A stretch of 32,000 bases of DNA from Dickeya dadantii NCPPB 898 (GTDB lineage: Bacteria; Pseudomonadota; Gammaproteobacteria; Enterobacterales; Enterobacteriaceae): the NCBI RefSeq assembly GCF_000406145.1, contig NZ_CM001976.1:687260-719259 (forward strand). Reading direction: 5' to 3'. The translations under genes were made by a program, and so were the position numbers. How positions within the stretch are numbered: the stretch's first letter is position 1; each line of letters starts with the position of its first letter. The notes beneath the pieces were generated by a model, which did no database searches, was not told where the DNA came from, and worked only from the letters and a program-made list of their open reading frames with translations. This document shows positions 1-10,367 of the stretch, one piece after another.

Positions 1-230
1 CCGTATTCGCCTGTGACGAATATTTCATCGTAAACGCCGTATGGCGAATGTTGAATGTTTCGTCACAGGCGCTGGTTGCTCCACGCGTCCTGAAGCCCCC
101 GATAGTAATAAGGGGCTTGACCGGCCTGTCGCGGCGTTTGACGCGGCAGGTTCCGGTTCGTTATTGGCAGGACGCGCGTTTTTTGTCACTTCCCGCCACG
201 TATCGACAAATCGCACAATCGGCGATTTGT

Positions 231-290
231 TTATCAGTAGATAGATGATCAGTAGATCGATTATCAGTAAATCGATTATCAGTAGATCGA
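231..290 (-). repeat. Four tandem copies of a 15-bp unit (coding-strand consensus TCGATCTACTGATAA) overlapping the 3' end and stop codon of the alcohol dehydrogenase gene
   Basis: Plus-strand units are 231-245 ttatcagtagataga, 246-260 tgatcagtagatcga, 261-275 ttatcagtaaatcga and 276-290 ttatcagtagatcga. On the minus strand each unit reads S-I-Y-stop-stop. Unit 276-290 supplies the real C-terminal SIY plus TGA TAA of the CDS. Confidence 0.9.
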
Positions 291-1430
291 CTGATACAAC
301 GCCTCAATCTCCTTCACGCTGGCCGGGCGCGGATTGCCGCCGGTGCAGACATCGTCGAATGCCGCCTGCGCCAGTGCCGGAATATCCTGTTCTTTCACGC
401 CGACCTGACGCAATTGCGCCGGGATATCCACATCCTGCGCCAGTTGCCGCACCGCCTGAATCGCCGCGTTTCGCGCCTGCGCCAGCGGCATGACGTCCGC
501 GCCTTGTACACCCATCGCCACGGCGATGGCGCGGAATTTCTCACCGGTGTATTCCGCGTTCCAGGCCATCACATGGGGCAACAGAATCGCGTTGGCGACG
601 CCGTGCGGGGTGTTATAGAAAGCGCCCAGCGGATGCGCCATACCGTGCACCAGCCCCAGACCGACGTTGGAAAAACCCATGCCGGCGATATATTGCCCCA
701 GCGCCATCGCTTCCACGCCATGCGGTTTACCCGCTACCGAATCACGCAGCGAACGGCTGATGATTTCGATGGCTTTGAGGTGCAGCATGTCGGTTAATTC
801 CCAGGCACCCTGAGTGGTAAAGCCTTCGATGGCGTGGGTCAGGGCGTCGATACCGGTGGCGGCTTTGAGTGAGGCGGGCATGCTGCTCATCATGTTCGCG
901 TCGATAAACGACACGATAGGGATATCGTGTGGGTCGACGCAGACGAATTTGCGCCGTCTCTCTTCATCGGTGATGACGTAGTTGATGGTGACTTCCGCCG
1001 CGGTGCCGGAGGTGGTGGGAATGGCAAGAATCGGCACGCTGGGTTTGCGGGTGGCCGCGACCCCTTCCAGGCTGCGCACATCGGCGAATTCCGGGTTAGT
1101 GATGATGATGCCGATGGCTTTGCAGGTGTCCTGCGGTGAACCACCGCCAATAGCGATCAGGTAGTCGGCGCCGGAGGCCTGAAAACGTTCGACCCCCTGC
1201 TGGACAACGGCGATGGTCGGATTGGGAATCACGCCGTCATAGATGTCATAAGGCAGGCCCGCCTTGTCCATCAGCGCGGTGACTTTACCCGCTACGCCGT
1301 ACTTCATCAGTTCCTTGTCCGTCACCACCAGCGCTTTGCGAAAGCCGCGTCGCTGCACTTCTTCAGTCAGGTGAGCGATGGCGCCGCTGCCAAAATAGGA
1401 CGTTTCATTCAATATCATTCTGTGTGCCAT
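279..1430 (-). CDS. fucO: Iron-containing (group III) alcohol dehydrogenase, lactaldehyde reductase / 1,2-propanediol oxidoreductase
   Basis: The 383-aa ORF is near-colinear with E. coli FucO as I remember it: MA.RMILNET start, GADYLIAIGGGSPQDTCKAIG, PILAIPTT.GTAAEVT, and the GLGLVHGMAHPLGAFYNTPHGVANAILLPHVM metal-site block. No other fuc genes are visible, so the physiological role is less certain than the family. Confidence 0.85.
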   Translation of the reverse strand: MAHRMILNETSYFGSGAIAHLTEEVQRRGFRKALVVTDKELMKYGVAGKVTALMDKAGLPYDIYDGVIPNPTIAVVQQGVERFQASGADYLIAIGGGSPQDTCKAIGIIITNPEFADVRSLEGVAATRKPSVPILAIPTTSGTAAEVTINYVITDEERRRKFVCVDPHDIPIVSFIDANMMSSMPASLKAATGIDALTHAIEGFTTQGAWELTDMLHLKAIEIISRSLRDSVAGKPHGVEAMALGQYIAGMGFSNVGLGLVHGMAHPLGAFYNTPHGVANAILLPHVMAWNAEYTGEKFRAIAVAMGVQGADVMPLAQARNAAIQAVRQLAQDVDIPAQLRQVGVKEQDIPALAQAAFDDVCTGGNPRPASVKEIEALYQSIY

Positions 1431-1769
1431 GATTTCTCCTTAACACATTGATTTTTAATCATTGAGGCGAATCGGTTATCCATTTGCGCCAGTAGCCGGT
1501 GTGGTTACAGTAGCCGATAGGGTTAATCGTTAATCTAGTCGTGTGCCGTGCAGGGAGAGGAAAAAGCTCGCTTCTGGTTGATAAAAGTCAACCCTTTGTC
1601 AGATGGATCACTCGCCGATGAATCCAGTGTGAAACCAGCCGGGACTCACCGCCTTCTCACGGCTGCCATCCGCCGCGTCGTACTGTCGCTGGCGGGAAGA
1701 TGTCCACGACGGCGATCACAGAATCAGTAGGTGAGGGGAGCGGAAGGCAGTCGTCGCTTTACCTGAAAT

Positions 1770-1810
1770 AATCTAATTTTAGGGTTTTTTCGCATTACTT
1801 AATCTAATTT
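1770..1810 (+). promoter_or_regulatory. Two copies of AATCTAATTT spaced 31 bp apart in the AT-rich region upstream of gcvT; candidate GcvA-type (CTAAT core) sites
   Basis: aatctaattt occurs at 1770-1779 and 1801-1810 inside an AT-rich tract (about 1760-1990) about 300 bp upstream of the gcvT ATG. As I recall, E. coli GcvA sites upstream of gcvT share a CTAAT core. Assignment is by motif and position only. Confidence 0.35.
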
Positions 1811-2100
1811 AACTTGTGATTGTCTCTTCTGACATCAAACCAAAAAATCAAGTTTTAATAATTCGTGGTGTTGGTTTTATTTTTTAATTTGGCGCTAAGT
1901 TTTAATTATGTATATTTTTTCAGATTTATATCCTGATTGGGTGATTGGGTAATTCAAGGCTGTTCTGGCTTTTTATATAGATAAACTTATGGTTGAAGGA
2001 GTGGTGGAACGCGTGCTTCGGTGGTAAGTTCTGGGGCAGGATAAACGTTTGCGTCGTGGGGCCTGGCGTCACAACGCGCGGCTAACGTAGAGAGAAAAGA

Positions 2101-3201
2101 ATGGCAAACCACACTCCGTTGTATCAACAGCATCTGGCCGATGGTGCCAAAATGGTGGACTTTCATGGCTGGATGATGCCGCTGCACTACGGCTCTCAGC
2201 TCGACGAACATCACATCGTACGCAATAGCGCCGGCATGTTTGATGTGTCGCACATGACCATCGTGGATCTGCGCGGCGTTCGCGTGCGTGAATTTTTACG
2301 TTATCTGCTGGCGAATGACGTTGCCAAACTCACCCAGCCCGGCAAAGCGCTCTATACCGCCATGCTGACGCCGTCCGCCGGCGTGATCGACGATCTGATC
2401 GTCTATTTCCAGACCGAGGACTATTTCCGGTTGGTGGTGAACTCCGCCACCCGCGAGAAGGATCTGGCCTGGATCGTCGAGCATGCCAAACCGTTTATGG
2501 TGGAGATTACCGAGCGTGAGGATTTGTCGCTGATTGCGGTGCAGGGGCCGCAGGCGCAGGAAAAAGTACGCCGCCTGCTGACCGATGCCCAGCGCGAACA
2601 GGTGGCCGGCATGAAACCTTTCTTTGGCGTGCAGGCGGGCGACCTGTTTATCGCCACCACTGGCTATACTGGCGAAGCAGGCTATGAAATCGCACTACCG
2701 CAGGAACAGGCGGTCGGCTTCTGGCAACAGTTGCTGGCGGCCGGCGTCAAACCCTGCGGGCTGGGCGCGCGCGACACGCTGCGCCTGGAAGCGGGCATGA
2801 ATCTGTACGGTCAGGACATGGATGAATCCGTCTCTCCGCTGGCGGCCAACATGGGCTGGACCATCGTCTGGCAGCCGGAAGACCGTCAGTTCATCGGCCG
2901 CGAAGCGCTGGAGCGCCAGCAGGCGGAAGGCACTGAACAACTGGTCGGCCTGGTGATGACCGAAAAAGGCGTGCTGCGTCACGGTCAGCCGGTCCGCTTT
3001 ACCGATAATCATGGCGTTATGCAGGAAGGGGTGATCACCAGCGGGTCGTTTTCGCCCACGCTGGGCGTCAGTATCGCCCTGGCCCGTGTTCCCGCCGGTA
3101 TCGGCGAACAGGCTATCGTGCAGATTCGCAATCGCGAGATGCCGGTGCATGTGACCAAACCCAATTTCGTCCGCGCCGGCAAGGCGTTGGTTCAGTTTTA
3201 A
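2101..3201 (+). CDS. gcvT: Glycine cleavage system aminomethyltransferase (T protein)
   Basis: The 366-aa ORF starts [47 protein letters not shown], typical of GcvT, and is followed by gcvH and gcvP. Confidence 0.97.
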   Translation: MANHTPLYQQHLADGAKMVDFHGWMMPLHYGSQLDEHHIVRNSAGMFDVSHMTIVDLRGVRVREFLRYLLANDVAKLTQPGKALYTAMLTPSAGVIDDLIVYFQTEDYFRLVVNSATREKDLAWIVEHAKPFMVEITEREDLSLIAVQGPQAQEKVRRLLTDAQREQVAGMKPFFGVQAGDLFIATTGYTGEAGYEIALPQEQAVGFWQQLLAAGVKPCGLGARDTLRLEAGMNLYGQDMDESVSPLAANMGWTIVWQPEDRQFIGREALERQQAEGTEQLVGLVMTEKGVLRHGQPVRFTDNHGVMQEGVITSGSFSPTLGVSIALARVPAGIGEQAIVQIRNREMPVHVTKPNFVRAGKALVQF

Positions 3202-3232
3202 TTTTTGGCGTTAATGGAAGGAGAAGGTGGCA

Positions 3233-3640
3233 ATGAGCAATGTTCCGGCAGAATTGAAATATACCTCGTCCCATGAATGGGTGATGGCGGAAGGCAACGG
3301 CGTTTACAGCGTGGGCATCACCGAGCACGCGCAGGAATTGCTGGGCGATATGGTGTTTATCGACCTGCCGGAAGTGGGCAGCACGGTCAACGCCGGTGAC
3401 GACTGCGCGGTGGCGGAATCCGTCAAGGCCGCGTCCGACATCTACGCGCCGATCAGCGGCGAAGTAGTGGAAGTCAACGAAGAGCTGGAAGGCGCGCCGG
3501 AGCTGGTGAACAGCGCGCCGTATGCCGAAGGCTGGCTGTTCCGCATCAAGGCGTCTGACGAAGACGAACTGAACGAATTGCTTGATGCCGCCGGCTATCA
3601 GGCGCTGCTGGAAGAAGAAGACAGCGACGAAGAAGAATAA
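3233..3640 (+). CDS. gcvH: Glycine cleavage system H protein (lipoyl carrier)
   Basis: [10 protein letters not shown]...[21 protein letters not shown]...[18 protein letters not shown] contains the lipoyl-lysine motif ESVKA. I chose the ATG at 3233, 9 nt after AGGAG; the track ORF starts 2 codons earlier at GTG 3227. The C-terminus has an acidic EEEDSDEEE tail. Confidence 0.95.
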   Translation: MSNVPAELKYTSSHEWVMAEGNGVYSVGITEHAQELLGDMVFIDLPEVGSTVNAGDDCAVAESVKAASDIYAPISGEVVEVNEELEGAPELVNSAPYAEGWLFRIKASDEDELNELLDAAGYQALLEEEDSDEEE

Positions 3641-3644
3641 GCCT

Positions 3645-3680
3645 GACGCCCCGTTCGCTCCCCGCAACGGGGCGTTTTTA
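3645..3680 (+). terminator. Intrinsic-terminator-like hairpin between gcvH and gcvP
   Basis: A 9-bp perfect stem pairs cgccccgtt (3647-3655) with aacggggcg (3666-3674) around a 10-nt loop, followed directly by ttttta (3675-3680). Confidence 0.6.
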
Positions 3681-3752
3681 TGGTCCGCTTGTTTTTATGA
3701 TTGGTTTGAATGTGCTGCACATCACTGTGCCAAATGCAGGAAATTCCCCCAC

Positions 3753-6626
3753 ATGACCCAGACTCTCAGTCAACTCGAACACGGCAGTGCCTTCACGGAG
3801 CGCCATATTGGCCCGTCAGCCGCTCAGCAACAGCAGATGCTGGCCGCCATCGGCGCGGATTCGCTGGACGGGCTTACCTGCCAAATCGTCCCCGCCGATA
3901 TCCAGTTGCCCCATCCGCCGGCGGTAGGCGACGCCGCCACCGAGTATCAGGCGCTGGCCGAACTGAAGGCGATCGCCGGCCGCAACCTGCGTTACAAAAG
4001 CTACATCGGCATGGGCTACCACGCGGTGCTGACGCCGCCGGTGATTCTGCGCAACGTGCTGGAGAATCCGGGCTGGTATACCGCGTATACGCCGTATCAG
4101 CCGGAGGTGTCGCAGGGTCGTCTGGAAGCGCTGCTGAATTTCCAGCAGGTGACGCAGGATCTGACCGGTCTGGAGCTGGCTTCCGCCTCGTTGCTGGATG
4201 AAGCGACCGCCGCCGCGGAAGCGATGGCGATGGCCAAACGCGTCAGCAAACTCAAGCAGGCCAACCGTTTCTTCGTTGCCGACGACGTGCATCCGCAGAC
4301 GCTGGATGTGGTGCGTACCCGCGCGCAGACCTTCGGCTTTGACATCGTCACCGGCAACGCCGCCGACGCCGTGAAGTATGACGACGTCTTCGGCGTATTG
4401 CTGCAACAGGTCGGCACCACCGGCGAGTTGCACGACTATCGCGCGCTGATGTCCGAGCTGAAAAACCGCAAAGTGATCGTCAGCGTGGTGTCGGACATCA
4501 TGGCGCTGGTGCTGCTGGACGCACCGGGCAAACAGGGCGCCGACATTGTGCTGGGATCGGCCCAGCGTTTCGGCGTACCGATGGGCTACGGCGGCCCGCA
4601 CGCGGCGTTTTTCGCCTGCCGCGACGAATACAAACGCGCCATGCCGGGCCGGATTATCGGCGTTTCGCGCGATGCCGCCGGCAACACCGCGTTGCGCATG
4701 GCGATGCAGACCCGCGAGCAGCATATCCGCCGCGAAAAAGCCAATTCCAACATTTGTACCTCGCAGGTGCTGCTGGCCAACATTGCCGGCATGTACGCGG
4801 TGTACCACGGGCCGCAGGGGCTGAAGCGCATTGCCGGGCGTATCCACCGTCTGGCCGACATTCTGGCCGCCGGGCTGACCCAACGCGGTCTGACGCTGCG
4901 TCATCAGTACTGGTTCGATACCCTGACCGTTGAGGTCGCCGATAAGGCGGCGGTGCTGGGTCGCGCGCTGAGCGCCGGTATCAATCTGCGCGCCGATCTG
5001 GATGGCGCGGTCGGCATCGCGCTGGATGAAACCACCAGCCGCTACGACGTGCTGGCGCTGTTCGCCGTATTGCTGGGCGACGAGCACGGGCTGGATATCG
5101 ACACGTTGGATACGGCGGTCAGCAGCCAGTCGGCGTCGATCCCGGCGGCGTTGCTGCGCAGTGACGACGTTCTGACGCACCCGGTATTCAACCAGTACCA
5201 CAGCGAAACCGAGATGATGCGCTATCTGCACCGTCTGGAAAGCAAGGATCTGGCGCTGAATCAGGCGATGATCCCGCTCGGTTCCTGCACCATGAAACTC
5301 AATGCGGTGGCGGAAATGCTGCCGATCACCTGGCCGGAATTCGCCGAGCTACACCCGTTCTGCCCGACCGAGCAGGCGCTGGGTTACCGTCAACTGATCA
5401 CGCAACTGTCCGACTGGCTGGTGCAACTGACCGGCTATGACGCGGTGTGTATGCAGCCGAACTCCGGCGCGCAGGGTGAATACGCCGGTCTGCTGGCGAT
5501 CCGCCGTTATCACGAGAGCCGCAATGAAGGCGAGCGCAACCTCTGTCTGATCCCGAGCTCCGCCCACGGCACCAACCCGGCCTCCGCCCAGATGGCGGGG
5601 ATGCAGGTGGTGGTGGTGGCCTGCGACAAGCAGGGCAACATCGACCTGCACGACCTGCGGGAGAAAGCGCAGCAGGCGGGCGATAAACTTTCCTGCATCA
5701 TGGTGACTTACCCGTCCACCCACGGTGTGTACGAAGAAACCATCCGCGAAGTGTGCCAGATCGTCCATCAGTACGGCGGTCAGGTGTATCTGGACGGCGC
5801 CAACATGAACGCGCAGGTGGGCATTACCTCGCCGGGTTACATCGGCGCGGACGTGTCGCACCTCAACCTGCACAAAACGTTCTGCATTCCGCACGGCGGC
5901 GGCGGCCCGGGCATGGGGCCGATCGGCGTGAAAGCGCATCTGGCGCCGTTCGTGCCGGGTCATCAGGTCGTGGCAATGGATGGCGTGCTGACGCGTCAGG
6001 GCGCGGTTTCCGCCGCGCCGTTCGGCAGCGCTTCTATCCTGCCGATCAGCTGGATGTACATCCGCATGATGGGCGCGCAGGGGCTGAAACAGGCCAGCCA
6101 GCTGGCGATCCTGAACGCCAACTACGTGGCGACGCGCCTGAAAGACGCTTATCCGGTGCTGTATACCGGCCGTGACGATCGCGTGGCACACGAGTGCATT
6201 CTGGACATTCGTCCGCTGAAAGAGAGCACCGGCATCAGCGAAATGGATATCGCCAAGCGCCTGATCGACTACGGTTTCCATGCGCCGACCATGTCGTTCC
6301 CGGTGGCGGGTACGTTGATGATCGAGCCGACAGAGTCGGAAAGCAAAGTGGAGCTGGACCGCTTTATCGACGCGATGCTGGCGATCCGTACCGAGATCGA
6401 CCGCGTGGCGGCGGGCGAATGGCCGCACGAAGACAATCCGCTGGTAAACGCGCCGCACACTCAGACCGAGTTGGCGGCCGACTGGTCGCACCCGTACAGC
6501 CGCGAGCTGGCGGTATTCCCGGCCGGACAGACCCACAAATACTGGCCGGCGGTGAAACGCCTGGATGACGTGTACGGCGATCGTAATTTGTTCTGTTCCT
6601 GCGTGCCGATGAGCGAGTACCAGTAA
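3753..6626 (+). CDS. gcvP: Glycine dehydrogenase (decarboxylating), P protein
   Basis: The ORF starts [10 protein letters not shown]...F..RHIGPS and gives 957 aa from the ATG at 3753, which matches the E. coli GcvP length I remember. It contains the PLP region [18 protein letters not shown]. The track ORF begins at 3582, inside gcvH, and that extension is not credible. Confidence 0.96.
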   Translation: MTQTLSQLEHGSAFTERHIGPSAAQQQQMLAAIGADSLDGLTCQIVPADIQLPHPPAVGDAATEYQALAELKAIAGRNLRYKSYIGMGYHAVLTPPVILRNVLENPGWYTAYTPYQPEVSQGRLEALLNFQQVTQDLTGLELASASLLDEATAAAEAMAMAKRVSKLKQANRFFVADDVHPQTLDVVRTRAQTFGFDIVTGNAADAVKYDDVFGVLLQQVGTTGELHDYRALMSELKNRKVIVSVVSDIMALVLLDAPGKQGADIVLGSAQRFGVPMGYGGPHAAFFACRDEYKRAMPGRIIGVSRDAAGNTALRMAMQTREQHIRREKANSNICTSQVLLANIAGMYAVYHGPQGLKRIAGRIHRLADILAAGLTQRGLTLRHQYWFDTLTVEVADKAAVLGRALSAGINLRADLDGAVGIALDETTSRYDVLALFAVLLGDEHGLDIDTLDTAVSSQSASIPAALLRSDDVLTHPVFNQYHSETEMMRYLHRLESKDLALNQAMIPLGSCTMKLNAVAEMLPITWPEFAELHPFCPTEQALGYRQLITQLSDWLVQLTGYDAVCMQPNSGAQGEYAGLLAIRRYHESRNEGERNLCLIPSSAHGTNPASAQMAGMQVVVVACDKQGNIDLHDLREKAQQAGDKLSCIMVTYPSTHGVYEETIREVCQIVHQYGGQVYLDGANMNAQVGITSPGYIGADVSHLNLHKTFCIPHGGGGPGMGPIGVKAHLAPFVPGHQVVAMDGVLTRQGAVSAAPFGSASILPISWMYIRMMGAQGLKQASQLAILNANYVATRLKDAYPVLYTGRDDRVAHECILDIRPLKESTGISEMDIAKRLIDYGFHAPTMSFPVAGTLMIEPTESESKVELDRFIDAMLAIRTEIDRVAAGEWPHEDNPLVNAPHTQTELAADWSHPYSRELAVFPAGQTHKYWPAVKRLDDVYGDRNLFCSCVPMSEYQ

Positions 6627-6682
6627 ACGCGGTTTTTACAGTGAGAATAATCGGGAGGCGGTTCGAGTGCTTCCTGGGACAA

Positions 6683-6715
6683 GCGGGTGCGGCGTAAGCC
6701 GCACCCGTTTTTTTG
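6683..6715 (+). terminator. Rho-independent terminator after gcvP
   Basis: gcgggtgcggc-gtaa-gccgcacccg forms a hairpin (6683-6707) followed by a run of seven T. Confidence 0.85.
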
Positions 6716-6815
6716 TCCGGCATGTTTTGGGGGCTGACATGGTAGAGTGGTCGCTTCTCCCCCCCGAAAAAATAAAGAGGGAGGTGAGGCAGAATTAACA
6801 GATGGCGGGAAAATC

Positions 6816-7466
6816 ATGTTAGGCATTCACGATATTTCACTGTTTATCCTGTCCGGCATTTTGCTCAACATCATGCCGGGGCCGGATTCGTTGCTGATTA
6901 TGACGAAGAGTTCGTCACAGGGATGGCGCGCGGGTTCTGCTGCGGCGCTGGGCATCGGTTCCGGCACGCTGGTGCATGTTCTGGCCGCGGCGTTGGGGTT
7001 GTCCGCCATTCTGGCTACCTCGGCCACCGCGTTTACGGTGGTGAAAGTGCTGGGGGCGGTCTATCTGGTTTATATCGGCGTGCAGGCGTTACTGGATAAA
7101 TCCGCCCACCGCGCCAAGGCCGACAGCGGCGCGCTGCCGGCCAACCGGCCTGTGCTTTCCATGCGGAAAATCTACTGGCAGGGGTTTCTCACCAACGTGC
7201 TAAATCCGAAAGTGGCGCTGTTCTTTCTGGCGTTCGTGCCTCAGTTCATTGACCCGCAGGCACCGCAGAAAGCGCTGGCGTTTATCGTTTTAGGATTGAT
7301 CTTCAATTTCAACGGCATGCTGTGGTGTCACTTTTTGGCCGCGTCTACCGCATTGGCCAGCAGCAAGCTGAAAGTCAGCAAGGCGGTGCGTTTCTGGCTG
7401 AATAAGACCATTGGTGTGCTGTTTATTTCACTGGGCGTGAAGCTGGTGATGACGGCAAAAAACTGA
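6816..7466 (+). CDS. LysE/RhtB-family amino-acid or homoserine-lactone exporter
   Basis: The 216-aa membrane protein from the ATG at 6816 has the family N-terminal signature (LNIMPGPDSLLI) and NPK..LFFLAF.PQF. The track ORF starts at 6747, but the extra 23 residues are hydrophilic and atypical for the family. Confidence 0.85.
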   Translation: MLGIHDISLFILSGILLNIMPGPDSLLIMTKSSSQGWRAGSAAALGIGSGTLVHVLAAALGLSAILATSATAFTVVKVLGAVYLVYIGVQALLDKSAHRAKADSGALPANRPVLSMRKIYWQGFLTNVLNPKVALFFLAFVPQFIDPQAPQKALAFIVLGLIFNFNGMLWCHFLAASTALASSKLKVSKAVRFWLNKTIGVLFISLGVKLVMTAKN

Positions 7467-7535
7467 TCGGTACAGACATGTTCGTTCACCGAGATGAGCG
7501 GCCGCTGGCGCCGCTCATGCGGTGGTGAGCGCCGG

Positions 7536-8144
7536 TTATTTCAACCAGCCTTTTGCCTGCGCGTCTTCCAGATGCTGCTTCAGATAGCCCCACAGCGCCG
7601 GATTAATATCGTGGATAAAATCGTTGCGACTCAGCACCTGCTCCAGCCGAATACCGTGCTCCACCCAGCTCTGGCCGCCGTTGTGCAGGTTCATCAGCAC
7701 CGGCATCACGCGGTCTATCATTAGCGCAAAGCGCGCTTCAGCGGTGTCGCCGGCTTCGTACTCGTGCCACAGCGCCAGAAACTGGTCGCGTTGTGGTGGC
7801 GGCAGCAGGCCGAAAATACGTGCAGCGGCGGCTTGCTCCTGCTCCTGAATGGCTGCGCGGGCTTTCAGGTCATACACCAGCACGTCGCCGGCATCGATCT
7901 CCACGATGTCGTGAATCAGCGCCATTTTCAGCACGTGGGTGATGTCGATGCCGTCATCGGCATAAGGCGCCAGACTCATCACCGCAACCGCAAAATGCCA
8001 GCTGTGCTCTGCGGAGTCTTCCTGACGATCGGTGCCAATCACCTTGGAGCGGCGCTGAACACTCTTGAGTTTGTCGATTTCCATCAGAAACCGGACGACA
8101 TCGGTCATGGGGCCGAAATCCAGTACGGGTAAAGCGAGCGACAT
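7536..8144 (-). CDS. HD-domain metal-dependent phosphohydrolase (YfbR-like 5'-nucleotidase family)
   Basis: The 202-aa ORF has EDSAEHSWH...ALIHDIVEIDAGD, the H..HD..D pattern of HD hydrolases. Confidence 0.75.
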   Translation of the reverse strand: MSLALPVLDFGPMTDVVRFLMEIDKLKSVQRRSKVIGTDRQEDSAEHSWHFAVAVMSLAPYADDGIDITHVLKMALIHDIVEIDAGDVLVYDLKARAAIQEQEQAAAARIFGLLPPPQRDQFLALWHEYEAGDTAEARFALMIDRVMPVLMNLHNGGQSWVEHGIRLEQVLSRNDFIHDINPALWGYLKQHLEDAQAKGWLK

Positions 8145-8352
8145 CCGTTAATCTCCTGCAATAAAGAGGCTCCATTGTAGGGGATGCACCATAGGATGAA
8201 CATGCACGATTACCGTCTGAAAGCCGATGATTTTTATTTTAGCGTACAGGTGTACACTGGAATTGTTCTCAGTTAATCTGCTCAAAGCTTGCTCAGCGTG
8301 GCAGGGAAGGCCGCAGGCGCAGGCGTATGGGTAAGTGTGACAAGAGGTTGGC

Positions 8353-9003
8353 ATGAAGAAAAAAACGGGGGAGTCGGGGTATACGCTGGCGGAAGAAATC
8401 GCCAACAGTATCAGCCATGGAATCGGTTTTGTCTTTGGGATTGTCGGGCTGGTGTTATTACTGGTGCAGGCGGTGGACAACGGCGCCACTTCTCTCGCTA
8501 TCACCAGTTATAGTTTATATGGCGGTAGCCTGATTTTACTGTTTCTCGCATCGACGTTGTATCACGCCATTCCTCATCAGCGCGCAAAACGCTGGCTGAA
8601 GAAATTTGATCACTGCGCCATCTATCTGCTGATTGCCGGGACCTATACGCCTTTTCTGCTGGTGGGGCTTAATTCGCCGCTGGCGCGCGGACTGATGATC
8701 GCTATCTGGAGCCTGGCGCTGCTGGGCGTCATATTCAAGCTGGCGTTTGCACACCGGTTTAAGGTGCTGTCGCTGATTACCTATCTGCTGATGGGCTGGC
8801 TGTCGCTGATTGTGGTCTATCAGCTGGCGATGAAACTGTCCATCGGCGGCGTGACGCTGCTGGCGATAGGCGGCGCGGTGTATACGCTGGGCGTGGTGTT
8901 TTACGTCTGCAAGCGTATTCCGTTCAATCACGCCATCTGGCATGGATTTGTGCTGGGGGGCAGCGTGTGCCACTTTCTGGCGATTTACCTGTACGTGGAA
9001 TAA
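8353..9003 (+). CDS. yqfA: Hemolysin-III / PAQR-family inner membrane protein
   Basis: [30 protein letters not shown]...[32 protein letters not shown]...[22 protein letters not shown] is nearly colinear with E. coli YqfA. It sits next to ygfZ, as in E. coli. Confidence 0.92.
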   Translation: MKKKTGESGYTLAEEIANSISHGIGFVFGIVGLVLLLVQAVDNGATSLAITSYSLYGGSLILLFLASTLYHAIPHQRAKRWLKKFDHCAIYLLIAGTYTPFLLVGLNSPLARGLMIAIWSLALLGVIFKLAFAHRFKVLSLITYLLMGWLSLIVVYQLAMKLSIGGVTLLAIGGAVYTLGVVFYVCKRIPFNHAIWHGFVLGGSVCHFLAIYLYVE

Positions 9004-9032
9004 CCCGTGCGGATATTGCTGTTGGTCGGATG

Positions 9033-9066
9033 AGCATCAGAGAACCGCGGCTCCCTGATGCTTTTG
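9033..9066 (+). terminator. Hairpin plus short T-run between the convergent yqfA and ygfZ genes
   Basis: agcatcag (9033-9040) pairs with ctgatgct (9055-9062), followed by tttg. The 14-nt loop contains ccgcgg. Confidence 0.5.
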
Positions 9067-9075
9067 AAGGCCCGG

Positions 9076-10056
9076 TTACTCTTCCAGCGAGTAAGGCAGC
9101 GGCTGAATAGCGAGCTGGCTGCCGCTGTCGTCGCGTACCCGCAGCACGCTGTCAGCTTCCAGATCGTTGTTCAGCACCGCCTGAACCCACAATGTACCGT
9201 CATGCAACTGGCTGGCCGCCAGCACGGTGCCGGTACGGCGCCAGTTATCGCCGAGTTTCAGGTCCAGCTCATCGCCCGCTGCGGGCGCCTGCGCGCCAGT
9301 GCCCGCCAGCCAGTACAGCGCACGTTTGTTGGCGCCGCGGTATTTGGCGCGCGCGACCATTTCCTGACCGGCGTAGCATCCTTTAGTGAAGCTAATGCCT
9401 TGCAGCGCCTGTAAGTTGGTGGCTTGTGGAATGAACTGTGCGCTGTTGACGCTGTCAATAATGGGCTGCCCGGCGGCGATATCCAGCGCCTGCCATTGGC
9501 GGCTGTCGTTGAGTTTGACGCTGGATGACAGCGTTTCGATGAGCGCGGCGGCGCGTTGTGCATCCAGCACCAGCAGGAAACGTTCGGCGGGGTGAGCCAG
9601 ATGCAGCAGCGTCGCTCCCGGTTGCTGTACCACGGCGTTATCGGCGTCGGGCAGGGCATAGAACAGGGGCGCCAGATGCGCGCGGATGTCGAGACCCACA
9701 GCCCCCAGAAGCACGACGTTGTCATCGGCCGCGATGGTGGTTTTGGAGAAGACAGCGTATTTTTTCAGCTCCGCCAGTTGGGTATCTCTAATGCTGCGGC
9801 GCTCCAGATAAGCCAGCCCGTCGCCATAATGGAACAGGCGCAGGTTGCTCCACATTTTACCTTTGGCGTCGCAGTGGGCGCACAACACGTGCTGACCGGC
9901 CTGTAGGGTATCAACGTCGGCCGTAAGCTGGCCCTGAAGGTATTTGACCGTGTCCGGCCCGGCCAGGGTGACCAGCGCCCAATCATCCAGCGATATCAGG
10001 GTAGCGGGCAGTTGAGCGGAAGAAAACAGCGGTTGTGCGGTAAACGGATGAGCCAT
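9076..10056 (-). CDS. ygfZ: tRNA-modifying folate-binding protein YgfZ
   Basis: The 326-aa ORF contains the [12 protein letters not shown] motif (the conserved K.GCY.GQE of YgfZ/GcvT-like folate binders) and is divergent from sdhE, as in E. coli. Confidence 0.93.
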   Translation of the reverse strand: MAHPFTAQPLFSSAQLPATLISLDDWALVTLAGPDTVKYLQGQLTADVDTLQAGQHVLCAHCDAKGKMWSNLRLFHYGDGLAYLERRSIRDTQLAELKKYAVFSKTTIAADDNVVLLGAVGLDIRAHLAPLFYALPDADNAVVQQPGATLLHLAHPAERFLLVLDAQRAAALIETLSSSVKLNDSRQWQALDIAAGQPIIDSVNSAQFIPQATNLQALQGISFTKGCYAGQEMVARAKYRGANKRALYWLAGTGAQAPAAGDELDLKLGDNWRRTGTVLAASQLHDGTLWVQAVLNNDLEADSVLRVRDDSGSQLAIQPLPYSLEE

Positions 10057-10367
10057 ATGACAGTCCTGCGATGCGTAATGTCAGTGAATGACCCAATGGT
10101 AAAAGAGCGACAACGCTTTGCAAGCAGTTTAGGCTGTGTTCTGTCATAAGGCGGTGAACGACGGAACAGAAGGCGGAGGCGAGAAGGCGAAGTGAATTGG
10201 TCTAATTGTGCGATATGCTGCGCATCCGTGAAATAGTACACGCGATAGTACGCGAAAATATGTCAAAGTGTTACTATTAGTCGAAGGCCATCAGGTAGAA
10301 TAGGGTTACACCGACATTCATCATCAACCTGCGCGGATAACCATACAGAGAAGTGGGCGAAATGAAC

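Noticed and set aside
25-248. Three overlapping 63-67 aa ORFs at the window start.
   Set aside because: No SD and no motifs. The region is dominated by inverted repeats, so it is better explained as structured non-coding sequence.
231-290. Possibility that the 15-bp tandem repeats are a CRISPR array.
   Set aside because: The units are directly abutting with no spacers, are only 15 bp long, and no cas genes are present.
1548-1730. 60-aa ORF in the fucO-gcvT spacer.
   Set aside because: No ribosome-binding site and an unremarkable sequence. It is kept only as part of the finding on the long spacer.
3582-3752. N-terminal extension of the gcvP ORF back into gcvH (track ORF 3582-6626).
   Set aside because: The extension overlaps the gcvH 3' end and the terminator hairpin. 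The conserved GcvP N-terminus (MTQTLSQLE...) starts at the ATG at 3753, giving the expected 957 aa.
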